Notes: generated by a model from the sequence alone, not told the origin. DNA of 64,000 nt from Marinicella sp. (GCA_965230295.1 OZ246001.1:224001-288000), one strand, 5' to 3'. Counted from the first letter of the stretch, positions 30,555 to 42,489 are shown. Numbers and translations are program-made.

Positions 30555-31553
30555 TTATGATTGAAACTGGCTCAAGAAGGCCATGTCATTTTCAAAAAAG
30601 TTTCTTAAGTCTTGTACGCCATAACGCAACATGGCAAATCGCTCAACACCTAACCCAAACGCAAAGCCAGTGTATTTTTCGGGATCAATACCACCAGAAC
30701 GCAATACATTTGGATGCACCATACCGCAACCCAACACCTCCAGCCAATCAATGCTGCCATCGTCTTTCTTCCACTCCACATCCACTTCAGCAGAAGGTTC
30801 TGTGAATGGAAAATAGGAAGGCCTTAACCTGATTTGCAAATCATCTTCAAAAAATGCGTTAACAAATTGATTTAAAACCCCTTTAAGTGATGTAAACGTG
30901 ACATCCTCACCAATCACCAAGCCTTCCACTTGATGAAACATGGGGGTGTGGGTTTGGTCTGAATCACTGCGATAAACTTTACCAGGAGCAATGATTTTTA
31001 TCGGTGGTTTCATGGTTTTCATGGCCCTGATTTGTACCGGTGAAGTGTGTGTGCGAAGCAAGTGTCCATCGGGAAAATAAAAGGTATCATGCATGGCCCT
31101 GGCTGGGTGGTGTGCTGGAAAGTTCAAAGCCTCAAAATTATGAAAATCATCTTCGATTTCGGGACCGGTCACCACATCAAAACCCACTTGGGAGAACAAA
31201 TCAATGATGCGTTGCATGGTTCGAGTAACTGGGTGCACCCCACCTTTGGCTGTGGTGCGGCCAGGTAAGGTCACATCCACTGCCTCTGCCATTAACTTTT
31301 GATTAAGCTCCGCTTGCATCAAAGTGGTCTTCTTGCTCTGGATGGCTGTGAACAGTTGTTGTTTCACCTGATTGATGGCTTGTCCGGCTTGCTTCCTGTC
31401 TTCAGGGGCCAGTTGTCCCAATTGTTTTAATTGGGTGGTAACCGTGCCTTTTTGTCCGAGGAAATGGACCCGCACATCATCCAATGCTTGGACCGTGTCT
31501 GCTGTATCAATTTGGCTTAATCCATCTGTTAAGATTTGTTTCAAATCACTCAC
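30555..31553 (-). CDS. pheS: Phenylalanine-tRNA ligase alpha subunit
   Basis: [30 protein letters not shown]. Confidence 0.98.
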   Translation of the reverse strand: MSDLKQILTDGLSQIDTADTVQALDDVRVHFLGQKGTVTTQLKQLGQLAPEDRKQAGQAINQVKQQLFTAIQSKKTTLMQAELNQKLMAEAVDVTLPGRTTAKGGVHPVTRTMQRIIDLFSQVGFDVVTGPEIEDDFHNFEALNFPAHHPARAMHDTFYFPDGHLLRTHTSPVQIRAMKTMKPPIKIIAPGKVYRSDSDQTHTPMFHQVEGLVIGEDVTFTSLKGVLNQFVNAFFEDDLQIRLRPSYFPFTEPSAEVDVEWKKDDGSIDWLEVLGCGMVHPNVLRSGGIDPEKYTGFAFGLGVERFAMLRYGVQDLRNFFENDMAFLSQFQS

Positions 31554-31676
31554 TTTATTTCTCTGTTTGGTACTTTAATGGTGTTAATTTTCACCTGAAC
31601 ACAAAAAAAGGAATCAGCGATCCCACTGATTCCTCTTTCAATCCAGACTTGACTGTGCCCTTGCGGGCGACAGGCT

Positions 31677-32033
31677 TTATGCCAGTGCTGCTTTGGCTTG
31701 CTCAACAACAGCAGCGAAACCTGCTTTGTCGTGTACAGCCATGTCAGCAAGAACTTTACGATCTAAAGAGATATCAGCTTTTTTCAAACCGTTGATAAAT
31801 CGTGAATAGCTCATGCCGTTGTTACGCGCACCTGCATTGATGCGAGTAATCCACAAAGCACGGAATGCTCTTTTTCTGGTTTTGCGGTCACGGTAAGCAT
31901 ATTGACCTGCTTTGATGACTGCTTGTTTGGCGACGCGGTAAATTTTACGACGTGCGTTGTAATAGCCCTTAGCTAATTTAAGGACTTTCTTATGTCTTTT
32001 GCGTGCTTGGACGCCTCTTTTAACTCTTGCCAT
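31677..32033 (-). CDS. rplT: 50S ribosomal protein L20
   Basis: [19 protein letters not shown]. Confidence 0.98.
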   Translation of the reverse strand: MARVKRGVQARKRHKKVLKLAKGYYNARRKIYRVAKQAVIKAGQYAYRDRKTRKRAFRALWITRINAGARNNGMSYSRFINGLKKADISLDRKVLADMAVHDKAGFAAVVEQAKAALA

Positions 32034-32049
32034 GATGTGTCTCCTTTAA

Positions 32050-32244
32050 TTATGCGTAAGGTAATAATCTTTTCACTGATGCTTCATCAGCTTCGTGTAC
32101 CATGCTGGTACCACGCAAGTTACGTTTACGTTTGGTAGACATCTTGGTCAAGATGTGACTTCTGAATGCGTGCTTTCTTTTAAAGCCGGACGCAGTCTTT
32201 CTGAAGCGCTTGGCAGCGCCCTTTTTGGTTTTCATTTTAGGCAT
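32050..32244 (-). CDS. rpmI: 50S ribosomal protein L35
   Basis: [14 protein letters not shown]...HILTK. Confidence 0.97.
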   Translation of the reverse strand: MPKMKTKKGAAKRFRKTASGFKRKHAFRSHILTKMSTKRKRNLRGTSMVHEADEASVKRLLPYA

Positions 32245-32359
32245 GATGCCCTCCTGTATTTTATTTATATACTCCAGCAAGTAGACCTCATAAGGTCTTT
32301 TTTCATACTTGACTCACTGGTCAGCTAATATTTTTAAGGAATTTAAACCTGTTTTTTGA

Positions 32360-32884
32360 TTATTTTGCTGGTTTTGGAGCCAACAACATAATCATAAACC
32401 GACCTTCCATTTTCGCTGGTCGTTGTTCAACAACCACTTCATCCACTAAATCTTCTTCTAATCGGTCCAACATATCAGAACCGATGTCTCTGTGGGCCAA
32501 TTCACGTCCTCTGAACATGATGGTCACTTTGACCTTGTTACCTTGGCCAATAAATTTTCTTAAATTTCTGAGCTTGACTTGATAATCCGCTTCTTCAGTA
32601 TTCGGTCTGAATTTAACTTCCTTCAACTGAACTTTCTTTTGTTTCTTTTTCGCTAATTGATTTTTTTTGGCCTGTTCAAACTTAAACTTGCCGTAATCCA
32701 TGATTTTGCAGACTGGTGGTTGTGCCTTGGGTGAGATTTCAACCAAATCAAGACCTGCGCCTCTGGCCCTGTCTTGTGCTTCTGCAGTTGTTACCACACC
32801 AACCTGTTCTCCATGTTGGTCAATTAGTCTTACTTCAGGAACCCTAATTTGATTGTTCCTGCGTACTCTGTCATTTTTAGCGAT
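32360..32884 (-). CDS. infC: Translation initiation factor IF-3 (non-canonical ATC start)
   Basis: Frame extends 29 codons upstream of the track ORF ([22 protein letters not shown]) to ATC, 7 nt after GGAGGA; in-frame TGA just upstream. Confidence 0.93.
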   Translation of the reverse strand: MAKNDRVRRNNQIRVPEVRLIDQHGEQVGVVTTAEAQDRARGAGLDLVEISPKAQPPVCKIMDYGKFKFEQAKKNQLAKKKQKKVQLKEVKFRPNTEEADYQVKLRNLRKFIGQGNKVKVTIMFRGRELAHRDIGSDMLDRLEEDLVDEVVVEQRPAKMEGRFMIMLLAPKPAK

Positions 32885-32903
32885 TAGTCAATCCTCCTAA
32901 TAA

Positions 32904-34823
32904 TTACTTCTTATCGTTAATTTGCTGATTCATCAATTGTATCAGTTCTTCAACGTGCATTGAACCCATGTCTTTACCATCGTGTGATCTCACAGTGATG
33001 GTCTCACTTTCCAGTTCATTGTTACCCACAATGACCAAGTAATTGGTCTTGTTCAATGTGTGCTGGCGAATTTTATAGCCGATCTTTTCGTTTCTCAAGT
33101 CATAAATGGCTCTAAAGCCCTGATTTTTCAACTTTTTGCCCACTTTTTCGGCATATTCGGATTGTTGGCCAGTAATATTCAACACAGCAACCTGAGTTGG
33201 GGCCAACCAAAGTGGCATATTTCCGGCATGATGCTCCAGTAAAATTCCGATAAAACGTTCAAACGAACCCAAAATGGCACGGTGTAACATCACAGGTACG
33301 ACCCGTTCACCGTGTTCATCAATATAAGTGGCTTCCAAACGATTAGGCATGGAAAAATCAACTTGGATGGTGCCACATTGCCAAACTCGGCCTAAGCAAT
33401 CTTTCAATGAAAATTCTATTTTTGGCCCATAAAAAGCCCCTTCACCAGGTAACTCTTCCCAAGCTATGCCTTTGGCATCCAAGGCATCGGCCAAAGCTTT
33501 TTCTGATTTATCCCACACTTCATCACTGCCCACCCTTTTTTCTGGGCGGGTTGAAATGCGGTATATGATGTCATCAAAACCGAAATCGGCATACACCTCA
33601 TGCAAGAAATCGATGAACTCTGACACTTCCCCACTGACTTGATTCTCTTGACAGAAAATATGTGCATCGTCCTGTACAAAGCCACGAACCCGCATCAACC
33701 CGTGCAGTGCACCTGAGGGCTCATTTCGATGGCAAGAACCAAATTCTGCCAATCTGATTGGCAGGTCGCGGTATGATTTCAAACCCTGGTTATAGACTTG
33801 AACATGACAAGGGCAGTTCATCGGTTTGACAGCAAACTGACGGTTTTCAGATTCTACACTGAACATGTCATCACCAAATTTATCAGCATGACCAGACTTT
33901 TCCCACAAAGTGTATTCAACCACAGATGGTGTGTTGATTTCCTTGTAGTCTCTGGCATTGAGCTTTTTCCGCATGTATTGCTGAATTGATTGGTAAATAG
34001 ACCAACCACGGTCATGCCAAAACACCATGCCAGGTGCCTCTTCCTGGAAATGGAACAAATCCATTTTCTTGCCCAGTTTGCGGTGATCGCGTTTTTCGGC
34101 TTCCTCAAGCAAGTGTAAATAAGCTTTCAAGTCCTTCTTGTCATTCCAGGCGGTACCATAAACCCGTTGCAACATTTCATTGTTGCTGTCACCACGCCAA
34201 TAGGCCCCTGCAATGCTCATCAGCTTAAAGACTTTGAGTTTGCCGGTGTTAGGCACATGAGGGCCACGGCATAAATCGGTGAATTCTCCTTGACGGTACA
34301 AAGACAACACTTCATCTTCAGGGATGTCCCTGATGATTTCAGCTTTGTATTTTTCGCCTTTGGACTCAAAAAAATCAATCGCCTCATTGCGCGACATTTC
34401 AAACCGCTCAACCGGTAATTTTTCCTTAACGATTTTCTTCATTTCAGTAGTGATTTTAGCCAAATCATCTTCATGAAAGGGTTCTTCAGCAGCAAAATCA
34501 TAATAAAAACCATTTTCAATCACCGGTCCAATGGTGACTTCAACTTTCGGAAAAATTCTCTGTACAGCCTGAGCCATGAGGTGTGCACTGGAATGCCTGA
34601 TCACCTCTAAACCATCATCACTGTTACCCGTCACAATGGTTAAATCCGTATCATTTTCAATCAAATAAGACAAATCAACCATCTCGCCATTAACGCGAGC
34701 AGCCAAAGCCGCATTGGCCAGGCCTGGACCTATGTCTGCGGCAATATCTGCCACTGACAATGCTTGGTCGTATGTACGCTGACTGCCGTCAGCTAAAGTT
34801 ACAGTAATCATGTTGTTTTCCAT
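32904..34823 (-). CDS. thrS: Threonine-tRNA ligase
   Basis: [29 protein letters not shown]. Confidence 0.98.
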   Translation of the reverse strand: MENNMITVTLADGSQRTYDQALSVADIAADIGPGLANAALAARVNGEMVDLSYLIENDTDLTIVTGNSDDGLEVIRHSSAHLMAQAVQRIFPKVEVTIGPVIENGFYYDFAAEEPFHEDDLAKITTEMKKIVKEKLPVERFEMSRNEAIDFFESKGEKYKAEIIRDIPEDEVLSLYRQGEFTDLCRGPHVPNTGKLKVFKLMSIAGAYWRGDSNNEMLQRVYGTAWNDKKDLKAYLHLLEEAEKRDHRKLGKKMDLFHFQEEAPGMVFWHDRGWSIYQSIQQYMRKKLNARDYKEINTPSVVEYTLWEKSGHADKFGDDMFSVESENRQFAVKPMNCPCHVQVYNQGLKSYRDLPIRLAEFGSCHRNEPSGALHGLMRVRGFVQDDAHIFCQENQVSGEVSEFIDFLHEVYADFGFDDIIYRISTRPEKRVGSDEVWDKSEKALADALDAKGIAWEELPGEGAFYGPKIEFSLKDCLGRVWQCGTIQVDFSMPNRLEATYIDEHGERVVPVMLHRAILGSFERFIGILLEHHAGNMPLWLAPTQVAVLNITGQQSEYAEKVGKKLKNQGFRAIYDLRNEKIGYKIRQHTLNKTNYLVIVGNNELESETITVRSHDGKDMGSMHVEELIQLMNQQINDKK

Positions 34824-34900
34824 CTGTCAGGCGTTCTTCCTAACAGTACAATGTTGTTGGTATTTAAAAGGCGGCAGATTATAACACCTTTACGACCTGA

Positions 34901-35626
34901 TTAAGCGCAAATTTTCAGGTATCTTTTGATCACTTCTGCCACACCGTATTCCAAAGATTCTACAGTTAAAGCGTGACCAATGGAAACTTCCAATACATCA
35001 GAAATGGTTAAGAATGTCGTTAGATTATTGAGGTCCAAATCATGGCCGGCATTAACACCCAAACCCAGTGTTTGAGCCAGTTGAGCTGATTTGTTATAGG
35101 TCTCTAAGGTGCGGTCATATTCACCCAGTGCGTAGGCCTCGGCATAAGATTCTGTGTATAACTCAATTCGATCGGCTCCAGTTTTAGCAGCCAACCTGAT
35201 TTGCGCATCAACCGGATCAATAAACAGAGAACTCCTGACACCCAAACGATTCAATTGCCCACATAAATCACAGACCCAATCAAAGTGATGCTCAAGATCC
35301 CAACCATGGTCAGAAGTGATCTGATCAGGGGCATCCGGCACCAAGGTACATTGGTCAGGCCTGGTTTCAGCAATCAGTTGCATAAAATCAGCGGATGGGT
35401 AACCTTCTACATTGAACTCAACTTGAGGATGTTGCTTGCACAAAGCCGCCAAATCTCGTGTATCTTGCCTGGTGGCATGTCTTTCATCTTGTCTGGGATG
35501 AACTGTTATACCATGAACGCCCATTGAAATTAACTTCCGTGCATAGGCCAGCACATTGGGATAATCCCTGCCTCTGGAGTTCCTGAGTAAAGCTATTTTA
35601 TTTAAATTGACACTGAGGGCAGTCAT
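34901..35626 (-). CDS. pdxJ: Pyridoxine 5'-phosphate synthase
   Basis: LSVNLNKIALLRN, HPRQDERH, NAGHDL, EVSIGH. Confidence 0.95.
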   Translation of the reverse strand: MTALSVNLNKIALLRNSRGRDYPNVLAYARKLISMGVHGITVHPRQDERHATRQDTRDLAALCKQHPQVEFNVEGYPSADFMQLIAETRPDQCTLVPDAPDQITSDHGWDLEHHFDWVCDLCGQLNRLGVRSSLFIDPVDAQIRLAAKTGADRIELYTESYAEAYALGEYDRTLETYNKSAQLAQTLGLGVNAGHDLDLNNLTTFLTISDVLEVSIGHALTVESLEYGVAEVIKRYLKICA

Positions 35627-35964
35627 GCAAAATTCATGTGTATAAAAAAAGTTGATTTTACATGAAGCTTAAGAGCAAGAATATGCTTTTTAGTTATAGA
35701 TTTATACAGTACAGAGGTGGAAAGTGGGGGTTAGAAAGCAAGGACAATACAGAGAGAAAACGTCAACCCACAAAACTCTGTATTGCCTCGCTGGTGCAGG
35801 TTAAATAAATAACCCACTATTTGGAGATAAATTTGACCTCCCCCTGTTCGTTTCACATGTTGCGAAATGAGATAAAACTGATGTGTCCACGGACAGGTTG
35901 AATTGAATTGTACATCAATCACATGACGTGATAATATTGCGTACAAATATGCGCGCAAAATTTT

Positions 35965-36720
35965 ATGAATAGTGAAAAAAGACATTTAGTACAGCTACAA
36001 AAGGCACTGATTCCAGTGAGTAAAATGGTGATTAAATTTGGTTTACAATGCCAAGAATTCAAAGCCAACATTCAAAAAGCATACATCAAAGCCGCTGAAG
36101 AACTGTTGGAGGAAGCCCAAATCAAGCCCACCAGACAAGCCATTGCGGTCAAAACAGGCATCGACCGACGGGTCATTGCTGAATTCTACAATGACAAAGA
36201 TTTCAGCAAAGAAGTGATGAACAAAATGGATTTGGTGATCATAGCCTTACAAAAAGCGAAAAGAATCAGCAAAAAGTTAACCCATGCCAACCTCACCACT
36301 TTAATTGATAAAATTTACGGCAATCACATCAGAGCCAGGGCTGTGATTACTGAATTGGTCAGCAATCAGATGATCGTTAAGCGAGGAAACTACTATTACA
36401 TTGCTAAATCATTGAACCAGCAGTTGATCAAACAAGCCGCATTGGCAGAAGAAGTGGACATCACAACCAAGCGCCTGTTTCAGACTTTTTACAAGAAGAT
36501 GTTTGCCACCAATCAGCAACAGAATCTCAATCAAGCCTCCATATTTTCCAGTAAGATTCCTCACAGTCGGCATGAGGAAATCAATAAAATCATCGACATC
36601 AAAATGCGCACCTTTCAAAAAGAAATGGCGGAATTGATTCAACACCACGAAACCAATGTACCGGAAGGGACTTACGCCAACATTGGGTTTTCCCAGTTTC
36701 AGTTTGATTCAACGGAGTAG
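35965..36720 (+). CDS. DUF6502-like protein
   Basis: ALIPVSKMVIKFG..EF..KAYIKAA..PTRQAIAVKTGIDRR resembles the DUF6502 N-terminal pattern as I recall it. Confidence 0.7.
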   Translation: MNSEKRHLVQLQKALIPVSKMVIKFGLQCQEFKANIQKAYIKAAEELLEEAQIKPTRQAIAVKTGIDRRVIAEFYNDKDFSKEVMNKMDLVIIALQKAKRISKKLTHANLTTLIDKIYGNHIRARAVITELVSNQMIVKRGNYYYIAKSLNQQLIKQAALAEEVDITTKRLFQTFYKKMFATNQQQNLNQASIFSSKIPHSRHEEINKIIDIKMRTFQKEMAELIQHHETNVPEGTYANIGFSQFQFDSTE

Positions 36721-36768
36721 TGAAATCTTATAGTCTCGATTAATTGATTGTAGGATGAAAACAATTCC

Positions 36769-36939
36769 GTTCACTGAGCCCTTCGACAGGCTCAGGATTG
36801 GCTCAAATCGAAGTGAACCTGTGAACTGCAATCATCACGTTCACTGAGCGTAGTCGAAGTGAACTTTCTGATGTATATCGAGTAAAAATGAAGCAGGCTT
36901 CGACTCCAGCCAGCCCTGAGTCAGTCGAAGGGCTCAGCC
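36769..36939. repeat. REP cluster with nested REP-in-REP units
   Basis: Nested unit 36769-36818, simple unit 36839-36864, nested unit 36896-36939. Confidence 0.85.
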
Positions 36940-36958
36940 AGCGTCCAAAGAATTTGGA

Positions 36959-37630
36959 TCAAATCGATCGACTCAGCCCCATCCAAATCAGCTTCAACCT
37001 TTTTTCAACCTGATCCTGTTGCAAAACCTCCTGCATGAATTCTGGCTCGAATTTAAAATAGTTAAATAATTGAAAGCTGAATGCTTCTGCGTTCAGATTT
37101 TGCCAATCATCTTGTTGTAAGATGGCATACAATGCAGGTGAGGCCTTTTTACTGATGGCACTGATCACCATCTGGAGCTCGACCAACAAGTCATCAATCT
37201 TTGATTGATCCATAGTGGGCTTGCGGTCGTTATAAAGCTCACACCGAACCGTTTGAAAGGGCACCTCTTGCAGGTGGTTTAGTTTTCGCAAACGGTGCTT
37301 AAAGTGAACATCAATATGCATCCTGCCATCTTCGGTGGTCTCGACCAGTTTACATTGCCCCGCTGAGAACACATCTTGTGACTCATAACTTTGTAAGTTG
37401 CTGTTCAAGTCAGGTTGATCACCAGATAACTTCTTCAATGGATTGACTGGTCTGGTCTCTAAGGCTTTCTTGATGTGACTGACAGCCAACATCATGTCAT
37501 GTTCCAAGCAATGTTTCACCATGGCACGGTATCTGGGCTCAAACACATGCAAAGGTGCTTTGGTACCCGGAAAAGTGACCATGCCTGGAATCGGAAACAA
37601 TGCCACATCAACTGTTTTGGTTTGATCCAT
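36959..37630 (-). CDS. LON peptidase substrate-binding domain protein
   Basis: LFPIPGMVTFPGTKAPLHVFEPRYRAMV. Confidence 0.88.
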   Translation of the reverse strand: MDQTKTVDVALFPIPGMVTFPGTKAPLHVFEPRYRAMVKHCLEHDMMLAVSHIKKALETRPVNPLKKLSGDQPDLNSNLQSYESQDVFSAGQCKLVETTEDGRMHIDVHFKHRLRKLNHLQEVPFQTVRCELYNDRKPTMDQSKIDDLLVELQMVISAISKKASPALYAILQQDDWQNLNAEAFSFQLFNYFKFEPEFMQEVLQQDQVEKRLKLIWMGLSRSI

Positions 37631-37706
37631 GCCTTTATTCAAAGGATTAATCTAGCCATTATAATGGACTGTGTGCTAATTTTTGTGAAACCGGCCGCTT
37701 ATAGAC

Positions 37707-38555
37707 TCATAACTCTGTGCGCAATCGCAGTAACTCAGGAAAAAAGGTTAAGTCCAAGGCTTTTTTCAAAAAACTAACGCCAGATGAACCACCAGTACCT
37801 TGTTTAAAGCCGATGATGCGTTCAACGGTTTTCATGTGTCTGAATCGCCATTGCTGAAAAGACTGTTCGACATCAACCAACTGCTCACACAGGGCATACA
37901 TGGCCCAGTGTTGATCTGGTCGCTGATAGATCACCACCAACACATCCATAAGTTGTTGATTAAACACATGGGGTTGGCGCAGGTCGCGATTAACCAAATC
38001 CTCCGGCACACTATAACCTTCATCATATAGGTGCTTGATGAACACATCGTATATGCTTGGCGATTCCAAAACAGTTTCCAAGGTCTTTCTTGACTCTGAC
38101 CCTTCTGGGAATACTTTGGTTAATTTTTCATTTTTATTACCCAACAAAAATTCAACCTGCCGGTAATGAACCGACTGGAAACCAGAAGCATTACCTAATA
38201 CGTGCCTGAATTGCATGTATTCACTGGGAGTCAATGTTTCTAAAACTGCCCATTGTTCAAACAATTGTTTTTGAATCTGTTTGATACGTGCCAATATTTT
38301 TGAAGCACGACCCAAACGCTTGATTTGTACACAGCGGATGGCTTCATTCAACTCATGGATAATTAACTTCATCCACAATTCAGAGGTCTGATGCTGAATG
38401 ATGAACAACATTTCGTCATGATGTTCAGGATCACTGATGGGTTTTTGTGCTGAAAACAAGGTATCCAGGCACAGATAACCACCATAATTCTTACGTTCTG
38501 ACAGGTCTAACTTGATCCCCTCTTCAAGGTTCCTGATGTTTTTTTTATTGCTCAT
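37707..38555 (-). CDS. kynA: Tryptophan 2,3-dioxygenase
   Basis: HDEMLFIIQHQTSELW, ASGFQS, ERIIGFKQGTGGSSG. Confidence 0.96.
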   Translation of the reverse strand: MSNKKNIRNLEEGIKLDLSERKNYGGYLCLDTLFSAQKPISDPEHHDEMLFIIQHQTSELWMKLIIHELNEAIRCVQIKRLGRASKILARIKQIQKQLFEQWAVLETLTPSEYMQFRHVLGNASGFQSVHYRQVEFLLGNKNEKLTKVFPEGSESRKTLETVLESPSIYDVFIKHLYDEGYSVPEDLVNRDLRQPHVFNQQLMDVLVVIYQRPDQHWAMYALCEQLVDVEQSFQQWRFRHMKTVERIIGFKQGTGGSSGVSFLKKALDLTFFPELLRLRTEL

Positions 38556-38879
38556 TTATTATTCTTATGATCTGTCTTCTTCGGCATTTTACCCTCAACA
38601 GACACCAGTCCGAGAAAATAACCGAATAATATGTGCTTACTGGCATTTATTAAAAAGCCACATTCCTATATAATACGGGCCGCTTTACTTACGTATGGCA
38701 AGCATTATAATGATTGAAGTTTTGGTGGCGAGCAGTTATTCATTTTATTTATGCATAATCACTGGTACCAGGATCCTTCCATCTTCATGACAATCAGTAA
38801 AAGATAATTTTTCGGGAATCAACTTTCTCATATTTATTCTGGTTGCATGACTGACACCCTTTGCTAACATTTTCGGAGA

Positions 38880-39968
38880 GTGAAATTGACCACAGTTGCA
38901 TCATTTAATATTGATTATCTGCAATACCTGACCCCCAATGGTGAATTGGTTGGAGATAAGAAACCAACCATAGCCACTGATTTTGAAAAACTCAAATCCA
39001 TCTATGAGCTGATGGTATTAACCAGAACTTTTGACGCCAAAGCCGTGGCCTTACAAAGAACCGGTAAACTCGGCACTTATGCATCCAGCTTAGGTCATGA
39101 AGCCGTACATATAGGCATTGGATCAGCCATGGCAGAGGCCGATGTTTTTGCCCCCATGTACCGTGAATACGGCGCACAATTTTACCGTGGTGTCAAACTC
39201 TCCGAAGTCCTGCTTTATTGGGGTGGTGATGAAAGGGGCAGCGATTTCTCTGGCCCCAAACATGATTTCCCTTGGTGCGTGCCGATTGCCACTCAATGTA
39301 CGCATGCAGCCGGGGCTGCCTTGGCATTTAAATTACGAGGCGAAAAAAGAGCAGCCGTTTCTGTAGTTGGAGACGGCGGCAGCTCCAAAGGTGACTTCTT
39401 GGAAGCCATCAACGCAGCCAGTGCCTTTAAACTGCCAATGGTGCTGATGATCGTTAATAACCAATGGGCCATTTCAGTACCGCGTAAAAAACAAAGCCAA
39501 GGCCGAACCTTGGCACAAAAAGGTTTGGCCGGCGGCCTGCCTTCAATACAAGTTGATGGCAATGATTACATTGCGGTTTACACCGCAGTTAAAGCCGCCT
39601 TGAAACGCGCCTATGAAGGCAAAGGTGCATCGGTCATTGAGGCCATTACATACCGCTTAAGTGATCACACCACAGCTGACGATGCTTCCAGATACCGCCC
39701 AGATGATGAGGTTGAAAATGCCAAGCAGTTTGAACCCATCAAGCGCATGCGTAAGTACCTGACCAGCCAAGGCCAATGGAATGAACAACTAGAGAATCAA
39801 TTACTGAATACCTGTAAAGTTGAAGTTGATGCAGCGGTTGAAGAGTACCAAAGTGCATCTCAACTGTCTGTGGATGACATGTTTGACCACATGTACGATG
39901 ACATCCCACACGATTTGGCAGAACAAAAAGCTTACGCCCAAGCAATGGAGGAGAAGTCAAATGGCTAA
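38880..39968 (+). CDS. pdhA: 2-oxoacid (pyruvate/branched-chain) dehydrogenase E1 alpha
   Basis: GDGGSSKGDF, NNQWAIS, HTTADD; GTG start. Confidence 0.9.
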   Translation: MKLTTVASFNIDYLQYLTPNGELVGDKKPTIATDFEKLKSIYELMVLTRTFDAKAVALQRTGKLGTYASSLGHEAVHIGIGSAMAEADVFAPMYREYGAQFYRGVKLSEVLLYWGGDERGSDFSGPKHDFPWCVPIATQCTHAAGAALAFKLRGEKRAAVSVVGDGGSSKGDFLEAINAASAFKLPMVLMIVNNQWAISVPRKKQSQGRTLAQKGLAGGLPSIQVDGNDYIAVYTAVKAALKRAYEGKGASVIEAITYRLSDHTTADDASRYRPDDEVENAKQFEPIKRMRKYLTSQGQWNEQLENQLLNTCKVEVDAAVEEYQSASQLSVDDMFDHMYDDIPHDLAEQKAYAQAMEEKSNG

Positions 39969-40941
39969 AGTGACTATGGTAGATGCTGTAACTATGGCAT
40001 TGGCACACGAACTGGAACATGACAAAGACGTGGTTATCCTGGGCGAAGACGTTGGTATCAACGGCGGCGTATTCAGGGCCACCAGTGGTCTGGCACAAAA
40101 ATACGGTGAAGACCGTGTGATTGACACCCCTTTGGCCGAAGCCATGATTGCTGGCATGACTGTTGGCATGGCTACCCAAGGCATGCGACCAGTGGCAGAA
40201 GCCCAGTTCATGGGGTTTATCTTCCCCATGTTCGAACACATAGTGTGTCATGCTGCCCGCATGCGCAACCGGACCCGAGGTCGATTAACCTGTCCATTGG
40301 TGATCCGAGCTCCTTATGGTGGTGGCATCCATGCTCCTGAGCATCATTCTGAAAGTATTGAAGCGATGTTTGCCCATACACCTGGCATCAAAGTGGTAAT
40401 CCCTTCCTCACCTTCAAGGGCCTATGGCCTGTTGTTGGCAGCCATCCGCAGCCCGGATCCGGTGTTGTTCTTTGAGCCCAAGCGGGTTTATCACTTGAAT
40501 AAAGAAGAAGTGGAAGACGATGGCGAAGAGTACCCATTGGACATGTGTTTTGTTATTCGGGAAGGGACTGATGTAACTCTGGTCACCTGGGGTGCGATGA
40601 TGAAAGAAACTCTGGAAGCTGCTGATGCATTGGCGCAACAGGGCATTTCAGCTGAAGTCATAGATGTGGCGACGATCAGCCCGCTGGATATGGACACCAT
40701 CCATGAATCAGTGGCCAAAACGGGTCGTTGTGTGATCATTCAAGAAGCGGCCAAGCATTGTTCACTGTCATCTGAAATTGCAGCCAATTTGGCTGACCAG
40801 GGTTTATACAACCTCAATGCACCCGTTAAACGAGTAACCGGTTATGATGTGGTCATGCCGTTGTTTAAGTTGGAAAAGAAATACATGCCAACAGTAGACA
40901 GAATATTAGATAAAGTTCATCAAGTTTTGGAGGTTTCATGA
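39961..40941 (+). CDS. pdhB: 2-oxoacid dehydrogenase E1 beta
   Basis: GEDVG..GGVFRAT, DTPLAE, EHHSES. Confidence 0.9.
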   Translation: MAKVTMVDAVTMALAHELEHDKDVVILGEDVGINGGVFRATSGLAQKYGEDRVIDTPLAEAMIAGMTVGMATQGMRPVAEAQFMGFIFPMFEHIVCHAARMRNRTRGRLTCPLVIRAPYGGGIHAPEHHSESIEAMFAHTPGIKVVIPSSPSRAYGLLLAAIRSPDPVLFFEPKRVYHLNKEEVEDDGEEYPLDMCFVIREGTDVTLVTWGAMMKETLEAADALAQQGISAEVIDVATISPLDMDTIHESVAKTGRCVIIQEAAKHCSLSSEIAANLADQGLYNLNAPVKRVTGYDVVMPLFKLEKKYMPTVDRILDKVHQVLEVS

Positions 40942-42254
40942 GCATTTTTAAATTACCAGATTTAGGCGAAGGCTTACCTGATGCAGAAATTGTCGAATGG
41001 CATGTCAAGGTCGGTGACAAGGTTGAAGTGGATCAGCCTATGGTCTCTATGGAAACAGCCAAAGCCGTGGTAGATGTACCCGTTCCAATGGCCGGCGTTG
41101 TCACCAAGTTACATGGAGAGCCAGGAGATGTGATTGACACAGGTTCACCCTTGATTGAGTTCGATACCGGTGATGGGTCAGCTGCTGAAGAAGCTGTCAC
41201 TGGCGATGTAGACACCCCTGCCAAATTGCGTGCTGAAGCTGAACAAGTTTTGATGGACTTGGATCAGGATGGCGATGCACAACCTGCAGATAAAGAAGAA
41301 GCCGTTGGGACTGTTGTTGGTCAAATGGAAACTTCTGACAAAGTGGTTGATAGCATGACTGACTTTGGTGGCAAAAAAGCCGCCCCTGCAGTGCGTGCTT
41401 TGGCCAAAAAACTGGGGGTGGATCTGAGCACAGTGGAAGCAACCGGCTCAGGTGGTGTCATCAGACCTTCAGACGTCAAAGCTGCAGCTGCCAACCCACA
41501 AGCCAAAGCCGCTCCAGCTAAACCGGCAGCCCCTCAACAACCCGCAGCCAAAACAGCACCTGCTCAACCGGCAACGCCTGCGCAAACAGCACCCACACCA
41601 AGCAAAGTTGTGGTCGATGACCAGTGGCAACAAGTCAAAGGTTCAAGACGCACCATGGCCCGTGTCATGCAAAACGCCCATGCCAATGTGGTACCCACCA
41701 CCATCATGGACGATGCCGACATCAATAACTGGCAACCCGGTGAAGACATCACAGCTCGCCTGATTCGCTCACTGGTGGTGGCTGCCAAAGCAGAACCCAC
41801 TTTGAATGCCTGGTTTGATGGCGATAAATTGTCTCGCAGATTGATCAATCATGTCGATGTTGGCATAGCCGTTGATACTGAAGATGGATTATTCGTTCCC
41901 ACCATGAGAAACTGTGATGCCATGACACCTGATCAGGTTCGTGCTGCCATGAACAACATCAAAGGCCAAGTGAAATCACGCAGCATTCCCCCAGAAGACA
42001 TGAAAGATTACACCATCATGTTATCCAATTTTGGGGTTTACGCGGGTCGCTATGCCACACCAGTGATCACTCCGCCGTGTGTTTCAATCATAGCTGCCGG
42101 TAAGTTAAGACACGATGTGGTTCCTGTCTTGGGTGGCATGGAAGCTCACCGGATCATTCCTTTATCATTAACTTTTGACCACCGTGCAGTCACCGGTGGT
42201 GAAGCAGCTCGATTCTTGGCTGCCATGATCAATGATTTATCAAAAAGTAGATAA
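40938..42254 (+). CDS. Dihydrolipoamide acyltransferase E2
   Basis: Lipoyl domain ETAKA, Ala/Pro linker, FDHRAVTG. Confidence 0.92.
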   Translation: MSIFKLPDLGEGLPDAEIVEWHVKVGDKVEVDQPMVSMETAKAVVDVPVPMAGVVTKLHGEPGDVIDTGSPLIEFDTGDGSAAEEAVTGDVDTPAKLRAEAEQVLMDLDQDGDAQPADKEEAVGTVVGQMETSDKVVDSMTDFGGKKAAPAVRALAKKLGVDLSTVEATGSGGVIRPSDVKAAAANPQAKAAPAKPAAPQQPAAKTAPAQPATPAQTAPTPSKVVVDDQWQQVKGSRRTMARVMQNAHANVVPTTIMDDADINNWQPGEDITARLIRSLVVAAKAEPTLNAWFDGDKLSRRLINHVDVGIAVDTEDGLFVPTMRNCDAMTPDQVRAAMNNIKGQVKSRSIPPEDMKDYTIMLSNFGVYAGRYATPVITPPCVSIIAAGKLRHDVVPVLGGMEAHRIIPLSLTFDHRAVTGGEAARFLAAMINDLSKSR

Positions 42255-42489
42255 TGTCTGAACACCATTAAAAGTTAAAATTTCATTAACGCCACGTGAA
42301 AACGCTCAGTATGAAAATATTGAGCGTTTTTTTTGTGATAAATTTTCTTGGCTGTGGTCATATCTCTGTGCTTATAATAAACAGCGAAATAAGTTGTATG
42401 TATTATTGCATTAATCCAATAAAACAACTCACAACTGTTTTGAAAGCTAAAGATAAATTTATTAATTCATTCCCTCGGAGGAAACGTTT

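Noticed and set aside
31554-31676. pheM-type attenuator upstream of pheS
   Set aside because: A terminator-like hairpin is present (AGGAATCAG..CTGATTCCT plus T-run), but I found no Phe-rich leader peptide
38556-38879. Riboswitch in the long kynA-pdhA intergenic region
   Set aside because: No recognisable aptamer consensus; only promoter-like AT-rich sequence
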